IMG/VR virus record: IMGVR_UViG_3300020045_004287
Coordinates: 1 to 30,362 of that record
Direction: 5' to 3' (one strand)
Origin: a virus
Lineage: Duplodnaviria > Caudoviricetes
DNA: 30,362 nt
The translations under genes were made by a program, and so were the position numbers. Below the pieces are notes generated by a model. The model ran no database searches. It had not been told where the DNA came from and was given only the letters and a program-made list of their open reading frames with translations. Below are positions 10,079 to 17,401 of this stretch, piece after piece (positions within the stretch are counted from its first letter, which is position 1; each line of letters begins with the position of its first letter).

Positions 10079-11183
10079 TTTATCAATAAGAAAAAAGTCT
10101 TTAAACACTTGGTTGCATACCGATAGTGTTTTTGGCGACTTTATAATTTCAAAGTTTTATTTCAATTACTTTGAAGCAAAGTTTCAAATAGTCGAGGAGG
10201 GAAATACACGACTAGAGCGTTACGAAATAGCAAATATTACTTTATATGACGATACGAATGGTGGAACTCCCGAAACGTTTAGCACGATTACTGAATTATC
10301 ACTACGTTTAGAAGAATTACAATATCCAGCGTTTGACCGAAGCGGTGGCGTTGTTTCTATTTCGGGATTAATCGAAGCGGGTACAAATGTAACTATTACT
10401 GGTTCGGGTACTACTTCAGACCCTTATGTTATTAATTCTAGTGGCGGTGGCGGTACAACTCCAAACTTACAAGAAGTGTTATTAGTAGGTAACGAGGCGG
10501 TAGACATACCAATAAGATTTAGCTTTGAAGAATCAGGAGTTTTGCAAACTTCAGAATTGGCTTTTGACCATATAGGAATAACTAGTGAAGAGGCAGGAGA
10601 GCAAATATTTTCTGATTTAAACATTGAAAGATTAACTTTTAACGATACTGAAAATACATTAGTAACGGAATATAGAATTGACAAAATCATTCATAACGAA
10701 ATTAATTATTTGTTGCCTAGTGGAGAAACTTCTACTATTGCGACTTTAAAAGATTTAGAAAGCGGTTATATTCCTTTGAGTGGAACTCCCGATGGAAGCA
10801 TAGTAACAGGTGCGTTGGAATTTGAGCCTGAAAATATACCTATGTTAAAATGGAAAGATGAAGCAGAAAATTATAACGATTTTTTTCCTTTTGAGCAAGG
10901 TTTCTCTTTAAGAAATAACGAAACAGAGGTTTTTGTATTCTACAAACAAGGTTATTTAAGTTCTCCAGTTGATGCTTCAGAAACAGTACCCGAAAATAAA
11001 CTAATTTACGCTCAAAGACAATACGTCGATAATCAATTCGGTAGATTAATATCGTTAACAGAAACTGAAATATTAGCTATTGCAAGTCCTGAAAATGGTA
11101 GATTATACTATAATAGCGATATTAATCAAGTAGTTTTTTATAACGCTACAGAATGGCGTGTAATTAGCGATACTGCAATGTAA
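10071..11183 (+). CDS. Putative tail fibre protein
   Basis: 370 aa; AGTNVTITGSGT.SDPYVINS, GGGG-TTPNLQEV and QYVD fibre-type motifs. Confidence 0.65.
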   Translation: MSNLSIRKKSLNTWLHTDSVFGDFIISKFYFNYFEAKFQIVEEGNTRLERYEIANITLYDDTNGGTPETFSTITELSLRLEELQYPAFDRSGGVVSISGLIEAGTNVTITGSGTTSDPYVINSSGGGGTTPNLQEVLLVGNEAVDIPIRFSFEESGVLQTSELAFDHIGITSEEAGEQIFSDLNIERLTFNDTENTLVTEYRIDKIIHNEINYLLPSGETSTIATLKDLESGYIPLSGTPDGSIVTGALEFEPENIPMLKWKDEAENYNDFFPFEQGFSLRNNETEVFVFYKQGYLSSPVDASETVPENKLIYAQRQYVDNQFGRLISLTETEILAIASPENGRLYYNSDINQVVFYNATEWRVISDTAM

Positions 11184-11203
11184 ACAATTTAAAATAAAAT
11201 AAA

Positions 11204-11542
11204 ATGACAGCAATTTATTATTCAGAAGTAGAGGTAAGTACTTGTGATATGTGGTTTGAAAAAACTATTTATACAAAAGTTTTACAAATAGTAGGTAACG
11301 ACCAACAGTTTATAGAAGTTGATTTAGCCTCTTTAAATATAGACCAACTTTTTCCAATTGTGGGTTTTTGGAACGATGGATTTAATACATTTCAAATTAA
11401 TACACCAATATTTAATTCGGTTTTTTCAACTTATGCTTATGACAATGGAGATTCTATTTTTGGTTTAACATCGCCAAACGATATTATAAATTCAGCATTT
11501 ACTTATACGGTAATTTTAAAATATACAAAACTAAATCCTTAA
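11204..11542 (+). CDS. Fibre-associated protein
   Basis: 112-aa ORF with A-rich initiation region; W..K.IY.K...L.YTK pattern seen in phage fibre tip domains. Confidence 0.55.
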   Translation: MTAIYYSEVEVSTCDMWFEKTIYTKVLQIVGNDQQFIEVDLASLNIDQLFPIVGFWNDGFNTFQINTPIFNSVFSTYAYDNGDSIFGLTSPNDIINSAFTYTVILKYTKLNP

Positions 11543-11547
11543 AAAAT

Positions 11548-11646
11548 ATGCAAGAATTAACAGAACAACAAGTAAAGGACATTGAAGCGACAATTGAAAC
11601 GCTAAAGAAAGTTTTAGAACTAGGCGCTCCAAAACCAAAACCGTGA
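11548..11646 (+). CDS. 32-aa peptide MQELTEQQVKDIEATIETLKKVLELGAPKPKP (not in the ORF track)
   Basis: Fills the gap exactly, has A-rich upstream sequence, overlaps the next gene by GTGA, and resembles the C-terminus of 15089..15394. Confidence 0.8.
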   Translation: MQELTEQQVKDIEATIETLKKVLELGAPKPKP

Positions 11647-11978
11647 AAATTATAGCTAACATACTGCCAATAGGGTTTTATACAATCTTATTGGCTATGT
11701 TTGTTTATCGAGGTATTGACTATAATAGTTATATTGCTATTTGGGAAGTGGTAGAACTATACACAACATACGTAGGTATCGCAATAGTAATTCAATCGTT
11801 ATTCTTTTATAGACATTACACGTCGCTTGTTTGGGGTTGCATTGTTTTTATGCTATTGTGTTTTGCGTTTGATTTGTATTATTATCATTTAGGTAATACT
11901 GATTTATTGGATTTATTATATGAGTTAAACATTTTAACTCCGTTTTTGTATATTTGTTTAATTAAAATAAAATCATAA
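11643..11978 (+). CDS. Small multi-pass membrane protein
   Basis: 111 aa, about 4 hydrophobic segments; similar to 14754..15092. Confidence 0.75.
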   Translation: MKIIANILPIGFYTILLAMFVYRGIDYNSYIAIWEVVELYTTYVGIAIVIQSLFFYRHYTSLVWGCIVFMLLCFAFDLYYYHLGNTDLLDLLYELNILTPFLYICLIKIKS

Positions 11979-12130
11979 TGTTTAAACTAACATTTTTAAA
12001 AGGCTTTAAAGAACTATTCAAATTAGTTCCATTATCAATAAAAGAAATATTCTCGCCAAGATTTATTACTAAGCGATACTACTTGCATTTGCTTATTACG
12101 GCAGTATTAATGCTATTACCAAACTTCGGA
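11978..12130 (+). pseudogene. Membrane protein truncated at the module A/B junction
   Basis: After ...HLLITAVLMLL the ORF continues only as antisense of the module B gene; the end coordinate is approximate. Confidence 0.6.
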
Positions 12131-12627
12131 TTTAATTCTTTGTTAATTCCTATCGATGCACCAATTAACGTTCGAAATACGACCGTTTTTTGCGTAAATT
12201 CGATAGGCTTTACTTTATAATCAACTTTTACTTTTTTTACTTCACCACGAACAATGCCTGAAACGTCAATTTTAACAACGGTATCCTCAAAAGTTTGGTT
12301 AAATTCTTTTAAAGCTATTAGGTTTTTAATTTCATTTTGTAAGCTATCGTGAACACCCATAGCAAACTCATTTAATCTATCATTTTGCTTTTCTAAACTA
12401 TCAATTTCAGCTTGTGAAAAGTTATATAGTTTTTTCAATCGATTAACTTCGCTTTTGTTTGAAATGTAAATAGGTTTTTCGATAACTTCAGCTGGCGGAA
12501 TTTTACCGATTATTTCCTTTGTTTTGTAAATTGTGGTTGGCTTTACTTTATCCTCGCAATTACTCATTAAAAAGTACATAAAAGCCATTCCGAAAACTAA
12601 TGTTATTGTGTGTGATTTTAGGTTCAT
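12125..12627 (-). pseudogene. Membrane-anchored coiled-coil lysis accessory (spanin-like) protein, 3'-truncated at the junction
   Basis: Likely start MNLKSHTITLVFGMAF at 12627; N-terminal TM, then coiled coil, then beta region; the tail after GINKELN is antisense of the module A gene. Confidence 0.5.
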
Positions 12628-12763
12628 AAGATTTATTTTGTAAATGTTTGTTGTTTTTATAAGTTCTATTCCCAACACAATAAGAACATCTACCGCTTGA
12701 ATTACGACAATGTTTACTTATTGCTTTTGCTTTCGTGTACTGTTTTTTGATAGTTCTTGACAT
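12560..12763 (-). CDS. Small basic Cys-containing protein
   Basis: MSRTIKKQYTKAKAISKHCRNSSGRCSYCVGNR; overlaps both neighbours. Confidence 0.6.
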   Translation of the reverse strand: MSRTIKKQYTKAKAISKHCRNSSGRCSYCVGNRTYKNNKHLQNKSYEPKITHNNISFRNGFYVLFNE

Positions 12764-12909
12764 AGCTTTGGCTTTAAATGGTTTGGTGGCGCTGGAGATT
12801 GTCGAGTATATCCTTTAAAATCTCTATCTAATACAATAAACAACAGAATTATTACAATGGCTATTCCAGAGACAATTCCAAAAATACAATAAATATAAAA
12901 TTTGTCCAT
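12718..12909 (-). CDS. Small single-pass membrane protein
   Basis: 63 aa with N-terminal TM helix; divergent from the tmRNA promoter. Confidence 0.6.
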   Translation of the reverse strand: MDKFYIYCIFGIVSGIAIVIILLFIVLDRDFKGYTRQSPAPPNHLKPKLCQELSKNSTRKQKQ

Positions 12910-12919
12910 AATAAAAGTT

Positions 12920-12953
12920 TTTGTAAAAGTAATGAAAAAAATGTTTATATTTG
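12920..12953 (+). promoter_or_regulatory. Bacteroidota sigma70 promoter for the tmRNA gene
   Basis: TTTG (12920-23) then 22 nt then TATATTTG (12946-53); predicted +1 at about 12958-60, where RNA pairing begins. Confidence 0.7.
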
Positions 12954-13128
12954 TTATCTAGTTCGTTGATAGATTATTGAAAGTTATTTGGACGGGAGTT
13001 CGACTCTCCCCGCCTCCACGACGCAAAACGTTTATAGGTTTGATAAGTGACCGAACACTCGGTAAATTGGGGGCGACTGGTTTTGACAGTAATTAAGTAG
13101 GTAATAAGTAGAGCTAAAAAAAGTAAAC

Positions 13129-13176
13129 GACAATTCAAAAGTCATCAGTATTGCACCGCTAAGAGCGACGGCATAA
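13129..13176 (+). other. tmRNA tag reading frame (A)DNSKVISIAPLRATA*
   Basis: UA-AAC-GAC fits the U85/A86 spacing before the resume codon; TAA at 13174-76. GTA at 13123 is an in-frame alternative resume codon. Confidence 0.75.
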
Positions 13177-13188
13177 CGCAGAAAAATT

Positions 13189-13215
13189 AAAGCACTCCTA
13201 ACCGAGTGCTTTTTT
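13189..13215 (+). terminator. Intrinsic terminator ending the tmRNA
   Basis: AAAGCACTC-ctaacc-GAGTGCTTT followed by TTT. Confidence 0.85.
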
Positions 13216-13219
13216 AATT

Positions 13220-13247
13220 AAAAAAACCGAAGTGTAGGTGCTTCGGC
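13220..13247 (-). terminator. Intrinsic terminator after the endolysin gene
   Basis: Minus strand GCCGAAG-cacctaca-CTTCGGT plus U-run. Confidence 0.8.
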
Positions 13248-13300
13248 TCTTAAACTATAAAAAGTAATCAAATTATGAAATACAAATGTAGTGAATTGTT

Positions 13301-13780
13301 TTAACTAAAGTACAAATTAACTTCGTATTTTCTTCTATGAATTAATCCGTTTAGCTTTTTACCGCCCCCAGTAATAGCCAAATTACTCCAGTACTTTGTT
13401 AATTCCCCTTTAGTCATGTAATTATTTATATTCTTAAATAAGTTGTATAATCTCTTAATTCCTTTTTTATCAATGTAGCTTGTTCCAGCATTATAAACGA
13501 AGTCGCAAACTGCATCAAATTGATTTTGATTAAGGTCGTCACGGCATAAATTATCGACTATTATTTCAACTTTTCTAAGATGTTTTACCAAATAAAATTC
13601 AGCTTCAACTTCTGTTATTTGTTTATCTGTTCCAGTTACTTTTTTACCATCTGGATAGCAAGTAGTTCCGTAACCAATAGTCCAAACCCCAGCAGGACAT
13701 TTATAAGGTTTACTTTCAAACCCCTCATCGAGTTTAATATTATCAATAAGTGATTTAGATACCTTTGTTATTTTGTTCAT
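13301..13780 (-). CDS. Endolysin, GH24 phage lysozyme
   Basis: EGFESKPYKCPAGVWTIGYG catalytic motif, LNQNQFDA..DFVYNAG and GL..RR..E..LY. Confidence 0.93.
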   Translation of the reverse strand: MNKITKVSKSLIDNIKLDEGFESKPYKCPAGVWTIGYGTTCYPDGKKVTGTDKQITEVEAEFYLVKHLRKVEIIVDNLCRDDLNQNQFDAVCDFVYNAGTSYIDKKGIKRLYNLFKNINNYMTKGELTKYWSNLAITGGGKKLNGLIHRRKYEVNLYFS

Positions 13781-14121
13781 AACCTATCTTTTATATAATT
13801 AATTAATACTAAAATTGAAGCGAATAATAAACCACTTGCGCCACGCCCCCAAAATTTAATGCTATCAATGTCTTTTTTATGAGAAATATTTTCATCTTTT
13901 ATACGGTCAACTTTAACTTCTATTTCTTCAATAAGTTTTATTAAACCTTTGTTATTATTCAAAGATGAACCGACTATTGCTGTTGTTAGATTGTCTAAAC
14001 TAGTAGTCAAAGTTCTAACATCTTTTTGCAATTCTTTAATATGTCCCTCACGTCTATCGTCAGTTGACATTAAGTAATTTACTTTTTCGGTTTGTGTTTT
14101 AGGAATATATTTTTCGCTCAT
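13777..14121 (-). CDS. Coiled-coil protein with C-terminal TM (holin-like lysis protein)
   Basis: 114 aa; heptads then one TM; coupled to the endolysin gene. Confidence 0.55.
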   Translation of the reverse strand: MSEKYIPKTQTEKVNYLMSTDDRREGHIKELQKDVRTLTTSLDNLTTAIVGSSLNNNKGLIKLIEEIEVKVDRIKDENISHKKDIDSIKFWGRGASGLLFASILVLINYIKDRL

Positions 14122-14122
14122 T

Positions 14123-14362
14123 TTACCCTAAATTTTCTGTATCGTGTGAATAATTGTTATTTTCGTTTACTTTTTGAGTTCTTAATAAAGACCAACCGCC
14201 AGCACCAATGAAACCAATAAAGACAAATTCCTTAACGTCAAAATCCGCTACAAACAACGGCATAAAAGCGTAAATAGTAGCAACCCAAAAAGAAGTGAAA
14301 GTCATTATTCTTTTTTGGCTATACTTACCGTTTGAGGTTAAAGTGTCTTTTAGTAGTTTCAT
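14123..14362 (-). CDS. Putative holin (2 TM)
   Basis: 79 aa; GKYSQKR followed by two hydrophobic helices; in the lysis cassette. Confidence 0.6.
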   Translation of the reverse strand: MKLLKDTLTSNGKYSQKRIMTFTSFWVATIYAFMPLFVADFDVKEFVFIGFIGAGGWSLLRTQKVNENNNYSHDTENLG

Positions 14363-14757
14363 TTTCTCTTACTAATTGGGTGCAAATAATACGCTATTGT
14401 CAAACATACAATCATAGCGATTAAATCTAAATACCAATCATGTTTAGGTATAAAGAAATAAAATAAAGGTACTAATAAAGCACCTCGAGTGATCCAACGA
14501 ATATCTCTATCGCTAGAAACACCGTCAAAATAACGTTGTTGTATCGCTTCAGTTAATGCTCCAATGAATAATGACAATGTAAAACTAAATCCAATCAAAG
14601 CTGGTTTAAAATCGACAAACGAACCTAAAAAGAAAAAACAACTTGCGCCTAAAAATAAGTGACTTGGTATGTTTTCTTTTTTAGTTAAGTTTTTAATCGC
14701 AAAATCAGCAAACCAATTAATCAATCCTATTTTAAAGTAATTAAATATTTTTTTCAT
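14359..14757 (-). CDS. Multi-pass membrane protein with VanZ-like H...E..Q...G..S..D pattern
   Basis: SHLFLG...LTEAIQQRYFDGVSSDRDI; family similarity judged by eye. Confidence 0.6.
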   Translation of the reverse strand: MKKIFNYFKIGLINWFADFAIKNLTKKENIPSHLFLGASCFFFLGSFVDFKPALIGFSFTLSLFIGALTEAIQQRYFDGVSSDRDIRWITRGALLVPLFYFFIPKHDWYLDLIAMIVCLTIAYYLHPISKRK

Positions 14758-15092
14758 CGTTTCTTAAATATTTCGTTAAACACAAATGTAAGTAATAAAA
14801 TTGTAAAATAACAAGCGGTGTAAATAGGTAAATTATATTTATCGCTTATCGGGGTTGTGTACCAAAGTAAATCTAAAATAGCTAAAGATAAAACAGTTAA
14901 AAACACTCCGATTGAAAAGCTATCAGGAACTTTAACACTCACCACTCCAATAAACGCACCGCAATAGGCAAAACACCAATAGTTTGTTACCGTTTCCCAA
15001 AAGTCTTGATTGTAATTTTCGTAATCAAAGACAAATAGAAACAATAACAAAGCGTAAAGTGAATACGTTAATATCGAAAATACTTTTATCAT
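14754..15092 (-). CDS. Small multi-pass membrane protein
   Basis: 112 aa, about 4 TM; similar to 11643..11978. Confidence 0.75.
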   Translation of the reverse strand: MIKVFSILTYSLYALLLFLFVFDYENYNQDFWETVTNYWCFAYCGAFIGVVSVKVPDSFSIGVFLTVLSLAILDLLWYTTPISDKYNLPIYTACYFTILLLTFVFNEIFKKR

Positions 15093-15394
15093 TTTGGTTT
15101 TTTTGGAGCACCTATTTGTAAAATTACCAATCCTAAAGCATAAAGCTCATCGTTATATTTTTTAACGGCTTCGATTTGTTCTTCGCTTAATTCAATAGCA
15201 GTAAATTCAAATGACGCGTTTGCTATTTCTTCGGGTGTTGCGCTTTCAAACCAAACTTTATTTTCGTTATCCCACTTTCTTTTTAAAAAGTTGTCAGTTG
15301 GTAAAATTTCAGTTCCGTTAATTGGACATTCCTCGAAATAGTCTTGTCTTTCGTAATTAAAGGTTTCTTTGTTAAAAATTGCGTAAAGTTTCAT
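15089..15394 (-). CDS. Tail-fibre-assembly-like protein with C-terminal GAPKKPK peptide
   Basis: TEILP...KRKWDNENKVWFESATPEEI motif directly after the fibre gene. Confidence 0.6.
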   Translation of the reverse strand: MKLYAIFNKETFNYERQDYFEECPINGTEILPTDNFLKRKWDNENKVWFESATPEEIANASFEFTAIELSEEQIEAVKKYNDELYALGLVILQIGAPKKPK

Positions 15395-15396
15395 AA

Positions 15397-16851
15397 TTAA
15401 TCTATATTAGTTGTTGCGGTAAATGTGTTGTTTCCTATTTCTGTTATTTCAAAAGTATTTCCCGATTTTGATAGCATACCCGCTTGAGCAGTTGAAAAAG
15501 CAATTGACGGTATTAATGTGCCAGCAGTTGTTACGGTAATAGTACCTTCTAAAATTATCTTTGCTTCGGTACTTGCGGAACTCGATGTAACCGCTTGCGC
15601 AGTAGCTACTGAACCAGCCGTTAACTGATTTGTTTGTGGTGTTGTTAGAACTCCTAAAGTACCTAAAGATTTATAGTTTATACTTGTTATTGTTGCTGTG
15701 CCTAAAAATCCAAAACTAACATTTTTAGAACTTGAAGAAAGTGTTGTAAAATCTAAACAAGCCCTAAAGCAATAGGTTTTATTCGTTCCTGTATTAAAAC
15801 TACCATTTCCACTTGTTCCAACGTTGAAAATTTTTTGCAATCCTGTTGTGTTGGTAAGTGTGTAATCGGAGCGTAAAAGCATATAGTCTGGTGTTGTTCC
15901 TGTACTACTACTATTTATTAATGTCGAACTCCACGCCCCACTATGATAAACCCTATAAACCAAACTACCAGCCGTATATCCAACACCGCCAATCGTAGCC
16001 GTTCCGTTTCTCACAAAAACAGTATAACCTTTGCCCTCTGCTGGTGTTGGGTCTGTAAAAGTTGCGTTTGCTACTACGGTATATTTACTATCATTTTCAG
16101 CGGTTTTGTTTGCGTTTACTATAATAGCTACTAAATCAAAAGTGCCGTCTTCATTTATCGGCAGTTGATGAATTTTTGGTGAACCTGAATTTTTTTTAAC
16201 TGTAATATTTCCGTTTCTGTAAAAAGTAGCGTTTTCTATTAGCACGTCGCTTGTAATAAAATCAACACCATCATTGGTTGTGTTTATTTGACCAACAATA
16301 TCCCCGCCACTATAAAATATTATAGCTTCTGCCTCGTCAATATCGATTTCAATTGTATTAGTAGTAGTCGCTCCTACATCCGTCACTTCTTGTAAGTTTG
16401 GTGTCGGTGTTAAATCAACAACTGGATTTAAAGGGTCTGCATTATCAACTGCCGAACCTGTAACACTTTGAACCGAACCAGTTAAGGGTGTAATAGGTAT
16501 CTCGACCGAGATTTCCCAATGTGTGTCAACTGTAATTAAAGCGTTTAGATTTTCAGTACATACCAAATCAGGGAAACCGTCTAAATTTATATAAGTTCCA
16601 GCACCTACTAAAATAAAACTAGGATTTTCGGGAATAGCAGGTAAAGTTTGACCGTCACTAACTGATACAGGCAAAAAACCAACACCAGAACCGCTTTCAA
16701 TTGCGGTTGCAACTAAAGTAATAAAAGCTTCAACTGTAGTTTGTTTTAATTCCGTACCAACTTGATGTGGCAATAAACTTGTTAGTGTCGCTGGCTCACT
16801 TGGTAGCTGGTCAACTCTTACGGTTGTAATATCTTCAGGTATAATTGCCAT
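15397..16851 (-). CDS. Tail fibre protein
   Basis: 484 aa; VQSVTGSAVDNADPLNPVV, TPNLQEVTD and a T/S/G-rich C-terminal domain. Confidence 0.75.
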   Translation of the reverse strand: MAIIPEDITTVRVDQLPSEPATLTSLLPHQVGTELKQTTVEAFITLVATAIESGSGVGFLPVSVSDGQTLPAIPENPSFILVGAGTYINLDGFPDLVCTENLNALITVDTHWEISVEIPITPLTGSVQSVTGSAVDNADPLNPVVDLTPTPNLQEVTDVGATTTNTIEIDIDEAEAIIFYSGGDIVGQINTTNDGVDFITSDVLIENATFYRNGNITVKKNSGSPKIHQLPINEDGTFDLVAIIVNANKTAENDSKYTVVANATFTDPTPAEGKGYTVFVRNGTATIGGVGYTAGSLVYRVYHSGAWSSTLINSSSTGTTPDYMLLRSDYTLTNTTGLQKIFNVGTSGNGSFNTGTNKTYCFRACLDFTTLSSSSKNVSFGFLGTATITSINYKSLGTLGVLTTPQTNQLTAGSVATAQAVTSSSASTEAKIILEGTITVTTAGTLIPSIAFSTAQAGMLSKSGNTFEITEIGNNTFTATTNID

Positions 16852-16852
16852 T

Positions 16853-17401
16853 TTATAATTTCATTATTGTTAATACTACTCTATAAGGTTGCATATTTTT
16901 GTTAGTTCCTGAAACTCCCTCAGTACTTAACGATGTTTGAACACCTGTAGAACCGTCGTCGTTGGTACAAATAAAAGTTCCAGGCTCTGGTGTATTATCT
17001 TCTGAACCAATAAAGGTATGAGTGTGAGAAACAAGTACAGCATCTTTTGAGCCACCAACCGCACCAATTACACTATAATTAGTTCCGTAGCTAATTCTTA
17101 CTAAACCGTCAAGTACAGGAGTTCCGTTTTGTCCGTTACAAATAGCCCAGCCATCCATTATTAATATACCTAATCCTGTGCTATCAAAATTAGTATCAAT
17201 ATACGCTTGATTTACTATTAAATCCCTTACTTCAAACTGAAATGCGTTAGAATTTACATTAATAAAATCAACTAATTGTTGTCCTGTTACTTGCTCTAAA
17301 TCAGTGCCGTTTTCAATAGGCAATTTACTTTCAAGAGTAATTTCGCCTACTGGCAACTCACCTACTCTTATCGTTGTTATTTCTGCTGGATTAATTGCCA
17401 T
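16853..17401 (-). CDS. Short fibre/baseplate protein with collar-like domain
   Basis: GWAICNGQNGTP.L...GGSKDAVLVSHTH...NMQPY....IMKL. Confidence 0.75.
   Translation of the reverse strand: MAINPAEITTIRVGELPVGEITLESKLPIENGTDLEQVTGQQLVDFINVNSNAFQFEVRDLIVNQAYIDTNFDSTGLGILIMDGWAICNGQNGTPVLDGLVRISYGTNYSVIGAVGGSKDAVLVSHTHTFIGSEDNTPEPGTFICTNDDGSTGVQTSLSTEGVSGTNKNMQPYRVVLTIMKL

Larger units (their letters stand above)
12959..13215 (+). ncRNA. ssrA: Circularly permuted (two-piece) minimal tmRNA: acceptor piece 12959-13018, spacer 13019-13068, coding piece 13069-~13215
   Basis: T-arm GGGAG-TTCGACT-CTCCC and 3' acceptor CGCCTCC-A lie upstream of the 5' end GGGGGCG-ACTGGTTTTGAC; 7-bp acceptor stem with G3-U70; three inter-piece helices; tag ORF present. 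Confidence 0.92.

Noticed and set aside
12079-12220. Genuine antisense overlap of ORFs 11978..12220 (+) and 12079..12678 (-)
   Set aside because: Better explained as read-through across the module junction.
12991-13020. tRNA/tmRNA 3' fragment as an attP/attR core, or an ordinary tRNA
   Set aside because: The exactly complementary 5' half, P2 partners and tag frame follow downstream in one transcription unit; there is no anticodon arm and no integrase in the window.
13275-13304. Mini-ORF MKYKCSELF
   Set aside because: Nine codons, downstream of the tmRNA terminator, and overlapping a minus-strand promoter motif that explains the sequence.
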